DNA of 64,000 nt from Camelus ferus. Taxonomy: Eukaryota. The first letter of the stretch is position 1. Every line of letters starts with the position of its first letter. The notes beneath the pieces were generated by a model. The model ran no database searches. It was not told the origin of the DNA and was given only the letters and a program-made list of their open reading frames with translations. A program made the translations under genes and the position numbers. This document shows, one piece after another, positions 38,105-51,258 of the stretch. Location: NCBI RefSeq assembly GCF_009834535.1, contig NC_045697.1, positions 1,242,001-1,306,000 on the forward strand, given 5' to 3'.

Positions 38105-41100
38105 AAGCAAAACAATGAAACTTTCTTTTAGACACTTTTTACGGGAAAAAAAAGTTATGATGGAAGGATGTGATGCAGATCCAGGCACTTTCTGTGGTGT
38201 CAGGCGTGACCTCCAAAGGCAGGAGGGCCAGGACCCGACAGCTCGGGCTGGCAGCCTCCTCCACTCCCCGGGGCTGGGCCCAGACTCAGGAGGGGCAGGA
38301 CAGGGGGCCCAGCTTGGCCCTGCTGCTGCCCCAGGGCCCCTAGTGGCTATTGCTAGGGCCCTTTCTTCCCTGGGGCCTGGAGTGGATGAGCCCAGGGTAG
38401 ACAGGCATCCCCCTCCCTCGAACCACAGGGGCTCTGGGGCTCACCCCAGCACCTCTCTGCCAGCCCTACCTTCTGGGCTTCTCTGGCCTAGGCCTTCTGG
38501 CCTGCGTCCCCACCTCCTCCAGGAAGCCGGCTGGGCTTTCTAGGCCATGCCCTTCGGGGGGGGGGGGCGGGGCTTCACTTCACCCAGGCTGCTAGTCTCA
38601 GGCTGGATACTCTGAGGGCCTGAGCCTGGGAAACCCACCCCTGACTCCCTGTCCCTGCGCCCCAGTCATCTAGCTGCTTCTAGACCCGGGGGGCAGCTGA
38701 TCAGGCTCTGGCAAGTGTGCCCTGAACTGCCTCCACCAGATGGTGTGGAGGCCTCTCACATCACGGCCCTCAAGGCTCAGCAGGGCCCTGGTGATGGGGG
38801 TTCGGGGAGACAGCAAGGTCAAAGCAGTGGCTGCAGCCCAGCCATGTGACTGCCTCTGACAAAGCTGGGGACCCTGGCTTCTGCCCCACCAGCCCATCCC
38901 CACTCCAAGGGGTCCAAACCACAAATTTGACCATGTCCATCCTTCTCAAAGCCTGGCATTTGGTGCCTGAGGTGACCACCATCTGTGCTCCACCCTCAGT
39001 GGGATCATCACCATTTCTAACTCTGGGCTGTTCTGGGTCTCTGTGACATCCTGCTCACCCCCCAAGGCCCAGGTGGCTCAGCCAGGTTGCATGGCCCCCA
39101 GACCTGCAGACCCCCCAAAGGCAAGGCAGGCCTAGGAGTGTCTGGGGGGCACATCTTTGCCCAGCTCAGGCACAGGATCCAGCCCTGAGCAGTCCCACAC
39201 TCTTGGAACCAGGTGAGCACACCGGAAGAGCCCAAGCCACACTTGTGTTTTTAAGTCTTTGGGGTGAGATTACGTTTGAGTGACTTCTCCGTGCTGGCCT
39301 GGAATCTGCCCTGCCCCAGTCTCAGAGGCCGGAGAGGCTCTGAGAGGCTCACTGACTCCTGCAAAGTGTCCCAGGCTCTGAAAATGTGTGTGAGGATGGG
39401 GGCTGGGGAGCACCCCTGTCGAGAAGGCTGCCTGGAGGAGGTGGCTCTGGGTGGGCCTAAGAGGAGACAAGAGCCTCCAGGACTCTGGGTCATGGGGGTG
39501 GCATAGGGTGGGCACTTTGGGTCCTGCTCACCTCCCCCCAGTTTCCACTGCAGTGTCTATTGAACAGAAAGAGCTGGGAATGCTGGAAAGTTGCCCCTCT
39601 CCATAGTGCTGTCAGGGCCCACCCCCAGCCCTGGTGGTTTGAAGTACCCAGTTCTGACCAGTACCCACCTTCCCCACTCCTCCAGCCATGTGGGGCGTGG
39701 TCTGCCCTGCCTGTGGTCCTTGCTGGGCCAGGACCCTCTCTGGACTCTCCACCCCTCACTCCACTGCAGGACATGGAGGATTAGGTCCTGGCCACTGGGC
39801 ACATCTGTGCTGGGGGCCCTGTGGGCTCCTGGAGGGCCCACCCACAGTGGGGCAGCCACTGCAGGCAGCCCTCCAGTTGTCCCAACCCCTGGCAGGCAGG
39901 CCACGCGGGGGGGGGGCGCCCCCTGGTGGCCACTAGGGGCTGCAGCAGGGACCGTGGAGGGAGCCCAGCCTGGGGACACGTGGGGGAAAGGGAAGCATCC
40001 CTCAGCCCTGTCCTTCCCACTTGCCTCCTGGGGCGACGTTGTCCGCCATCACCAGCCTCGGGGCACTGTCTGTCTCTCCTGTGGGGTGCCTGCCTGCCTG
40101 CCTGCCTGGGCATATTTGTGGGGACCGGTGAGCCACAAGTAGGGCAGACAGCAGGGGCATCTCCAGAGGCCAGGGTGTGTGGAAGTGGGAGGGGCCTCAA
40201 GTGAGCTGAGTCTGCAGTGGAAGGGGCGGGGCCAGGAGCGGAGGCGGCCTTCTCCCCACCCCACAGCCACCTCCCCAGGGCCAGGCTTGGCGGCTTTTTC
40301 TGCCCCAGGGCCTTCTAAGCCCCCTGGACACAGAGAGCTCTGGGAACTCCCACCCCAGCCCCTCTATCCTTTGACTTGGTGGCCTGCCTTATGGGGGCTG
40401 CCAGCTGTGTCCGGGTCCTGAGAACATCTGGTGGCCCGGTCAGGCCCAGGGCCCCCGCCTGTCCCCAGAAGCTCGTGGGGGCTGGTTTTGAAGCACATGG
40501 TGGCCTCCTTCCCAGGACTGCGCGTGGCCTGGGAAGAGGGGTGAGGCAGGTTCCTGGCAGGGGTTGGTCACCCTAGGCAGCTGACATTTCAGAAGGCACC
40601 GCTGTCCAGCCAGACACCGGTGCAGCCATCCACAGGGACGGGAGGGACTCTGTCCAGATGGGCAGGGGCATGGGACCCGGCTTGGGCAGCTAGAGACACC
40701 AGGTCTCCCTGGATGCACTTCTCTCTGCTCCCAGAGAACCCAGCACTGCTGAGAGGAGACCCGTGTCCTGACACACTTTCTCACCGACTAGAAAGAAAAT
40801 GGGCATGGTGGCCACTGGACATCTTGCAGCCGTGCCCCTATTCTCAGAGGGACCGGGCACTCAGGTCCCAGGGGCTCAGCCTCCAAGACCTGAGGAAGGC
40901 CCCGTCGCCTTGGCGACCCTCGGGTTTGGTCTGCCTTCCTGCATGCTGTTCAGGGCACTCCAGCGGGCAGCCCCTGGAGCGTGGGGGTGTAGACCAGGAC
41001 CACTAGGGTGGGGAGGCCCTGAGGTGGAGTGTCCAAGAGCACTGTCCACCCCAACACATGCACTGGCCAGGGGTCTGAGCTAAAGAACATGAGGCCAGGA

Positions 41101-41339
41101 GCTGGGCAGGGTGGGCAGGCAGTGGGGAGACTGTCGCAGGTTGTGGGGTGCAGTGGGGGGAGGGGTGGGGTCCAGGTGACCACCCTTCTCCTGGGGGCTG
41201 GTGGGGAGCCAAGTCCTGCCCTTTGACTGTCCCAAGAGTCCGGAAGCCCCCAGCTTCCTAGAGGAGAATGCACTTTAGTAACAGCCCCATCACGTCCCAG
41301 ACTGAAAAAAAGGAGTCCACCTGTAGTTCACACAAGAAA

Positions 41340-42496
41340 TAAAAGCGTCTGCAATCCTTAAATAGATTTATGGAAATGGTTTTGAATTACAGCATTTAGA
41401 AAATAAAAATAATCTCAATACATAATATACCCTCTGTTATATACTTTTCTTCCCCCACAGAAGCCTTTTTTGTTCATGTGTATTCCGCTGTTCAACAGTC
41501 GTTGGATTTTATCCTATAAAAGAAGCAGTAGGTGTGTCATCTCTCTAAAAATAAAACTGCAATCATCATTGCAATGTGAAGCCTGAGATTTAAGCCTGAG
41601 GAGGTGTCCGTGCTGGGGCCCGGGGCCACTCTGGAATCTGAGGGGGTGGGCCAGGGCCCCCGGGGGTGCGGAGGGAAGGGGGTAGTGGCAGCCAAGTGGG
41701 CAACGTCCAGTGGTCCTCAGCCACCCAGTGAGTCCCTGCTTCAGATGCTGGGAAACCTCTGCCCGCCTCCTGACCCTCCCCGTCAGCTGGTGGGCCAGGG
41801 CGGACAGACGGCGGGGCACACCTGCTTGCCCAGAGGACCACTGGGTTGGCTTCTGCATTTTCCCTGTTTGAGAAGAAATGAGACTCGTGTTGTTTAGACA
41901 AGGTCCTGAGGGGAATGGGGTGGGGAGAATTGGGTGGGGGACTATGGGCTCAGGGCCCTGGGGACAGCATGGACAGCCTGGTCTTTCTGGTCTGGTTAGC
42001 ACACAGGGAAGCCCTGCGGAGCACTGAGGCCAGGTCCCTCTCCCCGGGTGTCCACCAGCTGCCCCAGATTTAGCCCCAGGTTCTGAGGCTGCTTGGAACT
42101 CAGACACTAACCCCACTTCCCCCATCAAGAGCAGGCCTTCTGCTGTGGCTGAGGCTCGAGGCAGCAGTGCAGGGGGGCCGGGGCAGAGGGGCAGGCAGGA
42201 GACGAGCCCACAGCTGCCCAGGCGCCTGGCCCCCCCATGTCCCCCGTTGCTGAATCTGCCCTCCTGTCGGGCCCTGCAGCTGGCCTGGGTCCCCACGGGC
42301 GGGGAGGCACTGGACGTTCCGGAAGTCTGGGAGGCCTGCAGCCCTGCAGCGGCGGCGGCAGCAGCTGGGTGAGATGCAGTGGCAGCCCTCCTGTGCCCAG
42401 CGGCCTGGACGGGGGAGGCGGGAGCGCGGGCCCTCGGTGCCTCCTTCCTGGAGTCCTTCTGGGCCCTTGTGGGTTTGAGGGGCACCTGGCGCCGTG
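41340..42496 (-). other. ZFYVE28: Probable ZFYVE28 3' UTR ending near CATAAA (41372-41367)
   Basis: AT-rich island at ~41330-41590; CATAAA followed by TTTTATTTCTTGTGTG (U/GU-rich) on the minus strand; end point inferred. Confidence 0.5.
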
Positions 42497-42628
42497 TCAT
42501 ATGCCCGCCTTGTCGCTGTAGAAGGGCGTGACGTGGAACATGTAGCAGTGCGTGCACACGCGGACTGGCTTCACCTGCCCGTAGCGGGGCAGGGGCGCTG
42601 AGTGCGAGGAGCAGCGGGAGCAGAAGAT
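42497..42628 (-). CDS. ZFYVE28: ZFYVE28 (LST2) last coding exon ([43 protein letters not shown])
   Basis: Acceptor cattccag|ATC, FYVE RVC motif, TGA at 42499-42497. Confidence 0.96.
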   Translation of the reverse strand: MFCSRCSSHSAPLPRYGQVKPVRVCTHCYMFHVTPFYSDKAGI

Positions 42629-43209
42629 CTGGAATGCAGGGGCGGCGGCAGGGACGGTGAGCTGGGGGGAGTCCTCACCCTTCCTGACCTGGGCCTCTTA
42701 GGGACAGACGGTGCAGCCAGGACAGCATCGGAGCCCTGGGCACCCCAGCCTAGCTGCACATTCCTCCCACGCAGACCAGGGAAAGCGTGAGTGGGTGGGG
42801 GTCTTGAAGCTCCCCCTGTGGGACTGGAGCCTTCAGGAAAGCCTGGAATAGGTCTTGGCCCCAGGAGGCCAGGCCGGTGGAGTGGGCCTCAGCTCCACAC
42901 CAAGGCTCCTGCAGGCCTCTATTCAGACCCTCCTTCCCCTCCTCATCCCCAGCTCTCATGTGGCCAGTACTGGGCACTGCACCATCGGACCCAGTGAGCT
43001 GAGCGCCTGGAGCCCACGCCCTGTGCCAAGTTAGAGCAGAGCCTGGGGCTCAGGGTGTCTGTACAAGTACCCCAGAGGCCTTGCCAGCCTCCCAATACAT
43101 TGGTCCTGACTTCCAGACCTGTGCACTGAGTCTGGATGGTCCCTGGGGATGCCTGCAGCTACAGGTCCTGGTGCTGTGGGACAACCTCCGGCCACTGCGT
43201 CCCACCTAC

Positions 43210-43313
43210 CTTCCCGCAGCTGCGACAGTGGTGCTTCCTGCGGATGACCGTGAAGGGGGCTTTGCATGCGGTGCAGAAACCACAGGCCTCATCCGGGACC
43301 CACTCAGGCGGGT
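43210..43313 (-). CDS. ZFYVE28: ZFYVE28 exon (104 nt, [35 protein letters not shown])
   Basis: FYVE signatures WxxD and RKHHCR; acceptor tgtcacag|AC, donor AAG|GTAGGT. Confidence 0.97.
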
Positions 43314-45518
43314 CTGTGACAGAAGAGTAGGGGACATGTCAGCCAGAAGGAGCTGTGCTGTGGCGGCAGTGGGGGCCAGTGGGCTGGGGTGGGTCGGAGG
43401 CTGGCAGGTGTGCAGGAGCCTCTGTGGGGTGAGCCCAGGAGACCCTCACCCCCTCAGTCCTTCCCAAGACTTGTTACTGGCTACGGTTTCAGGAAACTAA
43501 TGATGTCGCATGGACAGGTCAGTCTTTGCAGCTGTTGGCCGTGCCGTCAATCAGACCTCAGCTGCAGCCCGCGCCTCACCCCAGGGCCAGGGCATGGGCA
43601 GAGTGTGTGCACAGGGGTAACCCTCTCCCAAGCCTCTCCCTGACAGCAGCCAGCCCAGCAGGGCCCTTGGGCAAAGGTGGGGGCTAAGAAATGATGCCAT
43701 CAGCCCCCTCTGTTGACCCCTCAATCAATGCTCTGTTGACCCAGGTGCCCCTGCAGCTCAGCCCACCCCAGCTCCAGGGCAGCTCTGAGGTTCTTGGTGG
43801 GGGTTGGGGCAGGGGTGGGCACTAAGGGCCCAGGTAAATGCCCTGCCCCTCCCGACACCTGAGTAGCCCAGGCAGGGCACGTGGGGGCGTCCTTGGGGAA
43901 TTTGCTCTGGATTTCAGGGGCTTGTTGTCACTGGGAGAAGCCAGCTTGCTCTGACAGACATGAGGTGTCCACCATGCACCAGCCCCGAGGCCAGCACCAT
44001 ACCCTCAGGGGTATCAGACACCTCAGATGGCTCCCTTGGGCCTCAGCATGAGCCCAGGGTTCTCCTGGCCACCCTCTCCCAGTGGGGCTCAGCAAGGCCA
44101 CCCACCCATTGGGCCCCCTCGCCTCCCTCTCGCCCTCCTCCTCACCCACCTGCTCCAGAGGAGCTGCCCCTCCCCCACCTGCCTGCCCAGGGCCCCCCAC
44201 CAGAACCCTCCCCCAGCTCTCCAGGCTCCTTTCTACACCCCCTACCACAGGGAGATTGAGTCTCATGCTTGCCACCCCCGTATAAAGTCCTCAGCTGGCC
44301 CCAGTGATGCCCTGGATGGCACTGGTCAGCCCCTGGGGCCGCACAGGGTTGGGAGGCAAGACCCTTGCCTAAGGAGGATAGTGAGGGTCCTGAGGGCTTC
44401 CTGGGCCTGGCACCCACTTTGATTGAGGCTGGCCCCCCCCCAGGAGCCAAGTCCAGGCAGGGGCTGGACAGGCAGCCCACAGAGGGGACATGGCCCTGGC
44501 CGTGGGCTGGGCCCCTCCAGACCTTGCAGCTCATCCTTCCATGCCTCCTCGAGCAGGGGTTCCAAGTTCCTGACAGGCTCTTTATAGCATCATGTCCAGT
44601 TTCCTCAGATGGTGGAGAAGCCTGAGGCTCAGGGCACGGAGGAAGCAGGGAGGCTGGTCACCCTCAGAGGATCCTGACAAAGGCAGCCTCACTGCACAGC
44701 CAGGTGCCAGGCAGCAGGAGGGAGGCCCTGTGCCAGGACCAGCGGGCGAGCCCAGCCCACCAGGCACACGGAGCACTGTGACCTCTGGCCTATCACGCAG
44801 TCAGCTCAGCCTCCTTCTTGGCTCCGGTCACACTGGACACCTGCTCAGGGCTATCTGCCATCGCCCGTCTCAGAGCCTCGCCCAGGCCTCCAGCCCCTTC
44901 AAAGCCTTGAGCCACACCCTCCCCACAGATGTGCTGCCCTCAACCCACCCTGGATGCTCCTCTGCTGACTGTCAAGCCACTGGGCCTCCAGCCGGCTGAC
45001 CTCCAGGCTGATGGGGGACAAGGTCCCCTGCTCCCACCCAGCTAGAGTTCCCTGTAGTGAAGCCCCCACGACTCCTGCAGGAGGCTCCCCAGGCTGCCAC
45101 ATGGGGCCTTTCCTGTGGTGCAGGGGTGCAGGCAAGTACTAGGGGTGAGGTGTGTGCCTGTGCCCTGGGACCAGCCACCTCCAGCTGCAGCCAGAGGCCT
45201 GGACACTGGCATCTCCTTGCTCTGCACACCCTCCCTCGGGCCCCCAGGCTGAGATGTTCAATAATGGGCCTGAGGTTTGTGGGGGTGGCTAAGAGGGCTG
45301 TGCCCACCCTGGGAGCTGAGTAAGAGATGCTGGAGTAAGAGGCTGCCTCCCCCTGAGAAGCCACATGCCTAGATGGCCTCTGGGGAGAGGCCTCGCTGGT
45401 GGAGCGCTGCCTGCGTGCAGCCTCCGTCAGGGCAGAGAGGTAGAAACATCCAGACAGGGCCCCTGCTCTCTGATCAGCCCGCAGCGCATTGGGTCCCTGC
45501 CCCCAGCCCTTCACGCAC

Positions 45519-45623
45519 CTTCCAAGTCCCCGTCTCGGGTCTTGGCTGCAAGTTCGGAGGATGACAGGGTCTCCTGGCACAGGGCGCAATCCTCCAAGGC
45601 TGCGCTCCGCAGGGTCTGGGTGA
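45519..45623 (-). CDS. ZFYVE28: ZFYVE28 exon (105 nt, [35 protein letters not shown])
   Basis: Acceptor ctttcttccag|TC, donor AAG|GTGCGT; phase 1/1. Confidence 0.93.
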
Positions 45624-47003
45624 CTGGAAGAAAGAGGGTGGCCGCTGGGGTCAGTGGGCTACCACCCGTCCCTGGTAGGCGCACGTGGGTGCTGCCAGCA
45701 GGGGGTAGCACCCCCACACCCGGAGTCCTGCACAGGGAGTAAGAGTGAGTCACCGCAGGCCTTGCCCACTGCCCCACAAGCTGGGTGCTGACCCTGGCAG
45801 GGGCCTTTCCATCTGAGTGCCCTCAGGTGAGTAGCTGGTCCTCCCCGTGGGCCCTTAGCCCCGGGGCCCCTCCACTGTCTGTGATCAGGTGCCCCTGGAC
45901 CATGACCCCCAGGGCAGGCAGGGGACAAGGCCTGACCCTGGCTCCGGGGCCCACCCTCCTTGCTTGCAGAGGCAGTCCACAGCCCCGCCCTTTCTGAGCT
46001 GTGCCCAGAATTCCCTGGCAGATGGGAGCAGTGTGGCCTGGTGGTATGGACACTGGGAGGCAGACCTGGGTTGGCACACAGGACAGATTGCTCCTCCTCT
46101 CTGTGGGCAAGGACGTGCCCTCCAGGCTGTGGGGTGGACTCCAGGGCTAGCTGGCTGCCCTGAATTCCCAGATGTTCCTGAACAGAAGCCCCTGTGATGA
46201 GGGGCCACTTGGCCAGAGCAAGAGCCTCAGTCCGGTGGGGGGGGAGGCAAGCAAGGATCAGTCCCCCTCCCCTCACTGGGACCCGCCACAGCCTTCCAGG
46301 GAGCTAGGGGCCAAGTTCCCTGTGCCTTCTCCTCCCCTGCCCTGACCCCTGCTCCCTTGCCAGGGAACTCCATCCTGTACATGTGCATGTGGGGGCACGC
46401 CTGCGTGTATGAGCCTGTGTGCACGCATGTGTGTGCGAGGTGTGAAGACATGGACGAGAGCACCCTTGTGTGCCTGTGCTGTGTTGAGCGTGTGTAAGCA
46501 TGTGAGGCAGGTCACAGACAGCCACGCCCCCTGGAGCGGTGGAGCCACGTCCCCTCCCTGACTCTGGGCTGGCCTCTGGCTGCTTTGACAGATGGAATTC
46601 AGTGGAAGTGACACTATGCCTCTTCTGGGTCTCGTCTCCAAGAGGAAGGGCACCCTGCCTCCTGGCCTGTCACCCCTAAAAAGCAGGCGACCTTGCTGGG
46701 GCAGGTGCAGAGGGGAGGAGCAGGTGGGGCACGCACAAGTCGTGTGGGGTTGTGACCGCCTGCAAAGCTGCGGGGTGGGGCCACTTCTCCAGGCAGGGGC
46801 CCTCTCGGGGTGCCCAGGGCCCGGAACGTGCACCCCTCGGACCCCCAGCAGACAGGCCAGCACTGCTGGTGGTGGCCGTTTGTGCTGTGGCCCGTCATAT
46901 AAAAGCGGGAGGACCGAGCAGGGGCCATATCTGCCCCGGGCTAGGAGCGCGGGCTTCCGCAGGCCCCGCCTCCTGTCGGAGCCTGTCCCCAGCTTGCACT
47001 CAC

Positions 47004-47120
47004 CCTTCTTTAACTTTTCCTTGTCATCTGTTTCCGGCTTGGTGGCCATGACCTGGAAGAGGGTCTTGAGAATACTCCTCAGGTCGCTGGCATAGTTGGT
47101 CTGCAGCTGGTCGGCCACCC
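47004..47120 (-). CDS. ZFYVE28: ZFYVE28 exon (117 nt, [39 protein letters not shown])
   Basis: LST2 motif GVADQLQTN; acceptor ccccctag|GG, donor AGG|GTGAGT. Confidence 0.95.
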
Positions 47121-48337
47121 CTAGGGGGAGGGCCAAGGTGGGGGTCAGGTGCTGCTGGCTGGTGAAACCCCACCAGGGCTCATGGTCCAAGACCAATGTG
47201 TACCCAGATGAGCAGGGACAGGGAGAGGACTATCCGCAGGGTCACAGCCACAACCATTAAGCGGCCCTGGCCCCTTACTGAGCCCCTCACTGTGCCCACC
47301 CCGATGGCAGCCCTTCGCCTCACGGCCACCCAGCATCTAGCTGTGCCCTGCGCCCCGCAAACACTGGGCCCCAAGTAACCTTTGACTGCAGGGCCCCCAC
47401 GGGGTTCCATGTGGCTGGGGAGCAGAAGGTGGATCCTGTCCAGACACAGGGCCCAGCGCCTGGCTCCTCTGCCCATCCCCAAGCCTCCACCCAGCAGGAC
47501 AACACTCCCCCCAACCCCGCCTGCAGAGCTTTCCTTCGTCCCTCAGCAGGTGAACTCAGCCCTTCTCAGTGGAAAGCAATGCTAGCCCTTCAGGGAGTGA
47601 ATTGGCTGTGATCCACAGCAAAGCAAGGGGGTAGCTGTGCACATCCCACCAGAATACGGATGCCCTGTGGCCACCTCAGCGACACCCCCACCCCGGGATT
47701 AAGACCCTGACCCTGCAGTGTCTGCCAGTTCACGGGCTGCCCCGCGGCTGCCCCTTGCCCTGTCCGTCCACCCGCAGGCCCAGGGCACTGAGGAAACGCT
47801 GGCCCGCAGGACGAGCACTGTCTGAGTCTGAGCGCCAGCCCTGGAGGCCGGGAAGGGCGTGCGGAGCCCAGGGAGGGGGCTTCACGGCACAGCGGTTATA
47901 CTTCCGAACCATGTGACCGCCGCAGTTCTTTAAAACTCATGAAACTGAAGGAAAACGTTTAAAAGACACCTTTTGTGCTCACTCCCCTCTCCAAATTACC
48001 CTGGGAGACTAAACAGTCATCTTCCCCTTCACCCTCCTCCGCTCACTGTCCCAGAGAAGAAAGGAAACACGGTCAGTCAGGATGTGCAACGACATCTGAG
48101 CCACAAATTGAACAGAACCAGCCTGGGGGCAGCTGAGGGGCCGCCCGTAGCCGGGGGAGCCTGATGCAGGACGCCCTCCTCTTTCCCGGGCACCGGGCCC
48201 ATCGCAGGGCTCACACAGCGCCGGCACCACCGGGGCCCCCACATCACTGGGGGGCCCCCTGCCCCCGGCAGCAGCTGTTCTGCTAAAGCACAGCCCCCAT
48301 GTGTCCCCAGGCCCCGCCCCAGGCCCAGACGTGGCAC

Positions 48338-48471
48338 CTGAAATGCAGACAAACAGGCGGTGGATCAGGTCGTGGCTGCCGTGGAACCTGGACCGGATCT
48401 TCTCTCTCGAGGCTGCGGGGGCTACCTCTGGTCCGGTCTTGTCTGAGGAGCAGGAACCAGCTGTGGGGCTG
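48338..48471 (-). CDS. ZFYVE28: ZFYVE28 exon (134 nt, [44 protein letters not shown]); upstream exons lie outside the window
   Basis: LST2 motif [12 protein letters not shown]; donor CAG|GTGCCA. The acceptor tgtgtgcag|CAG is tandem, so the 5' boundary is uncertain by 3 nt. Confidence 0.9.
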
Positions 48472-48664
48472 CTGCACACAGAGGGAGACATGGGGGCTTG
48501 GGGTGGGGGCGGTGAGTGAAGGCAAACTCTCTGCTAACGCCCAGGAGTGCTCTGGGCTTCACTCCATGTGCCGACTTCCCGGCAAGAGCCGCTGCACCTG
48601 CCATGCCCATACCCGCTGCAGCGGGCTGCCGCCCCCCCAAGAGTGCTCACAGGGCCTGCGCAAG

Positions 48665-48920
48665 CGTGCCCTTGTTTGGAATAGGGCTCTTTGCAGCTGT
48701 AGCCAAGGTAAGGTAAGGGTGCGGAGGCCATCTGGGACGCCTTGGCAGCGGCCCTAACCTAATGGCAGGTGTCTCTACACCAGTTCACAGGGGAGCTGAG
48801 GGGGCTAAGGAGCCACAACACACGAGCCAGAGGACGCCTGGAGCCACCAGAAGCTGGAAGGAACCTCCCCGGGAGCCTCCGGAGGGGGCGTGGCCCCATC
48901 AGATTTCAGACTTGTGGCCA
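48665..48920 (+). mobile_element. Degenerate MLT1-like LTR fragment
   Basis: TTTGGAATAGGGCTCTTTGCAG...GAGCCACCAGAAGCTGGAAG...GATTTCAGACTT; similar to 56897-57320. Confidence 0.65.
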
Positions 48921-49179
48921 CACACTTCCCTTCCACTTCCCGGTGGTCTCTCCGTGGGAGTTCTCAGCTCCTTGGGCCGAAGTCGTACCGCAGTCAAGCC
49001 TGTACTGAGTTAGGGTGTCCAGCTGCCCCCCTCCCAGCTCCGGGAGGGGGGTGTCTGCCGACCCTCCGGCTCTCAGATTATTTACCTCTGTCTTCCTGTC
49101 ATTTTTGTCCTACATTCTGGGAAATTTCTTCCTCCCCCCCACCCCAATTTTCCCCTTGACATTTTTGCTACCAGTGTGT

Positions 49180-49307
49180 GTTTGGTTTTTTTTGCTAGGG
49201 GAGGTAATTATGTTTATTTCTTTATTTAGTCTTAGAGGAGGTACTGGGGATTGAACCCAGGATCTCATGCTAAGCATGCACTCTACTAATTGAGCTATAC
49301 CCTCCCC
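49180..49307 (-). mobile_element. tRNA-derived SINE (Vic-1-like)
   Basis: Reverse complement reads GGGGAGGGTATAGCTCAATTAGTAGAGTGCATGCTTAGCATG...GGGTTCAATCCCCAGTACCTCC. Confidence 0.85.
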
Positions 49308-50334
49308 GCTCCTACCAGGCATTTAATTTTCTGTTCTCTCTGTTGTTTCATGGATGTGAAATCTTTTATCTATTTAGAAACATTCATTACAATTTTTTTA
49401 AAGTTGCCTTCCCTGGCCTGCACAGTCCGTTCTCCCTTTTCTGGTCTGTTTCATGCCAGACCCACACCTCGAATGCACAGGATCCCTATTTTCCAGGGAG
49501 GCACTGAAAGGCCGCCTGGTGTGACAGGTGGAGCAGCGGCCACCCTCACGTTGCTGGTGGGCGTGTAAACTGGTGCAGTGACTTTGCAGAGTTGCTTCAG
49601 CACCGTCTGAGTGCAGCCAAGGGGCTGTGGCCAGTACACACCCAAGACTCTGCCCTTGTGCATCTGCAGACATGACAGAATCCTCTGGGCAGCTCCGGAA
49701 GTTCCAGCAAAAACCCACTAGCGAGGGAGGAAGAGCAACTGTGATTTCCTCTCACCACGGCCGGCCTGATCCAGGCGGGTGAGCAGCCCTGGCCCCTCGT
49801 GGACATAAAGGACCCCCACACTGTGTGCCTCCCCTGACACCACAGAGAAGCATGCACAGCTGCCTAATGTCTTACTTAGGGGCACGTCCCTTGGGATAAA
49901 ACTACCAGGAAGCTTATGGTGTGACGTGCTTGAGGATTCAGTGCAGAGTGGGTGGGGCAGGAAGGCGCCCCAGATGGGCTTCAGGGGTTCCCATCCCTCT
50001 GTCGAGTGCGGGTGCGTGACTGTGTGTTTTATCGGCACATTTCAATGACTTGGACATTCCTTTACAAGTATTTAATGTTTCACTGGAGAACAGAGGGGCG
50101 CTGGGAGGCTGGCAGGGAGGCTGGCAGGGAGGCTGGGCTCACTGCTGCACTGGCACCCTTGTGATCTCCACTTCTCCGCTCCCAGACCGCCAGTTCCAGA
50201 GACTAAGCCCCCAGGGCGGGGGGTGGGCCTGGCTGCCCCTATCCTGGGAGCTGAGTAAGGAAAGGCGACAGAACTTCATTGTCCAGAGGGTCAACTTCCA
50301 TCAGTACCCCAGTCTCAGTCCACAGCCTCACCTA

Positions 50335-50845
50335 CAAGATTTGAAAGCAGGGACCCAAACAAACTCTTACAAACTTCACAGCAGCATTATTCATAACAGC
50401 CCAAAGGTAGAAACAACCTAAGTGCTCATCAACAGATGAGCAGATCAATAAAATGTAGTCCAGCCACACAATGAAATATTCTTCTGCTTTAAAAAGGAAG
50501 GACATTCTGACACCTGCTACCACATGGATGAACCTTGAGGACATTATACTCAGTGAAGTAAGTCGGTCCCCAAAGGACAAATACTGTGTTATCCCCCTTA
50601 TATGAGGTCCCCAGGGGAGTCAAAGTCACAGAAGCAGAGAGTAGAATGGTGGCTGCCAGGGGCTGGAGGAGGGAGAGTCAAGAGTTACTGTTTAATGGGG
50701 ACAGAGTTTCAGTTTGGGACGACAAAACAGTTCTGGGAACAGACAGTGGCGATAGTTATACAACATGGTGAATGTGCATAATGCCACTGTACCCTTAAAT
50801 AGGGTTAAAATAATAAATTTTATATTACATATATTTTGCCAAAAT
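50335..50845 (+). mobile_element. Old LINE-1 3' end (L1MB-like)
   Basis: CAGCAGCATTATTCATAACAGCCCAAAGGTAGAAACAACC...ATGGATGAACCTTGAGGACATTAT; similar to 4477-5182. Confidence 0.85.
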
Positions 50846-51150
50846 TCAAAACTGGAAAAAAAGATTTAGGGCAGGGGAGAGCAGAGGAAAAGAAATGGAA
50901 GAGGCCCAAGCGGCAAGGAGAGCGGATGGGTTAGGCTTCAATACAGCAGGTGAAGAGCAAATACATGCTAAAAGCCATTAATGACATACTTCTAAAAGTT
51001 GAACTTTCTGGTATAGAGACTACACATCAGTAAAGTTGTTACTGTTAAAGACTCAGTTATATTAAGATACAGTGCAGTAAACAAACTAAAAACGAAATTG
51101 AGAAACAATCCTATTTGTAATAGCATCAAAAAAGATTTAAAATATTTGGA

Positions 51151-51258
51151 GGGGGAGGGTGTAGCTCAGTGGTAGAGCACATGCTTAGCATGCACAAGGT
51201 CCTGGGTTCAATCCCCAGTTCCTGCTCTAAAAATAAATAAACCTAAATACCCCTTCCA
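51151..51258 (+). mobile_element. tRNA-derived SINE (Vic-1-like) inserted in an old L1
   Basis: Full A/B boxes; flanked by AAAAAGATTTAAAATATTTGGA and AAAAAGATTTAAATTATCTGGA. Confidence 0.85.

Noticed and set aside
50103..50136. Short tandem duplications (GGGAGGCTGGCA about x3; GGCTGGGACTCAGA x2 near 33052)
   Set aside because: Ordinary slippage repeats with no functional sign.
51151..51225. tRNA-like sequence with A and B boxes
   Set aside because: Dispersed diverged copies with A-rich tails and TSDs identify a SINE, not a tRNA gene.
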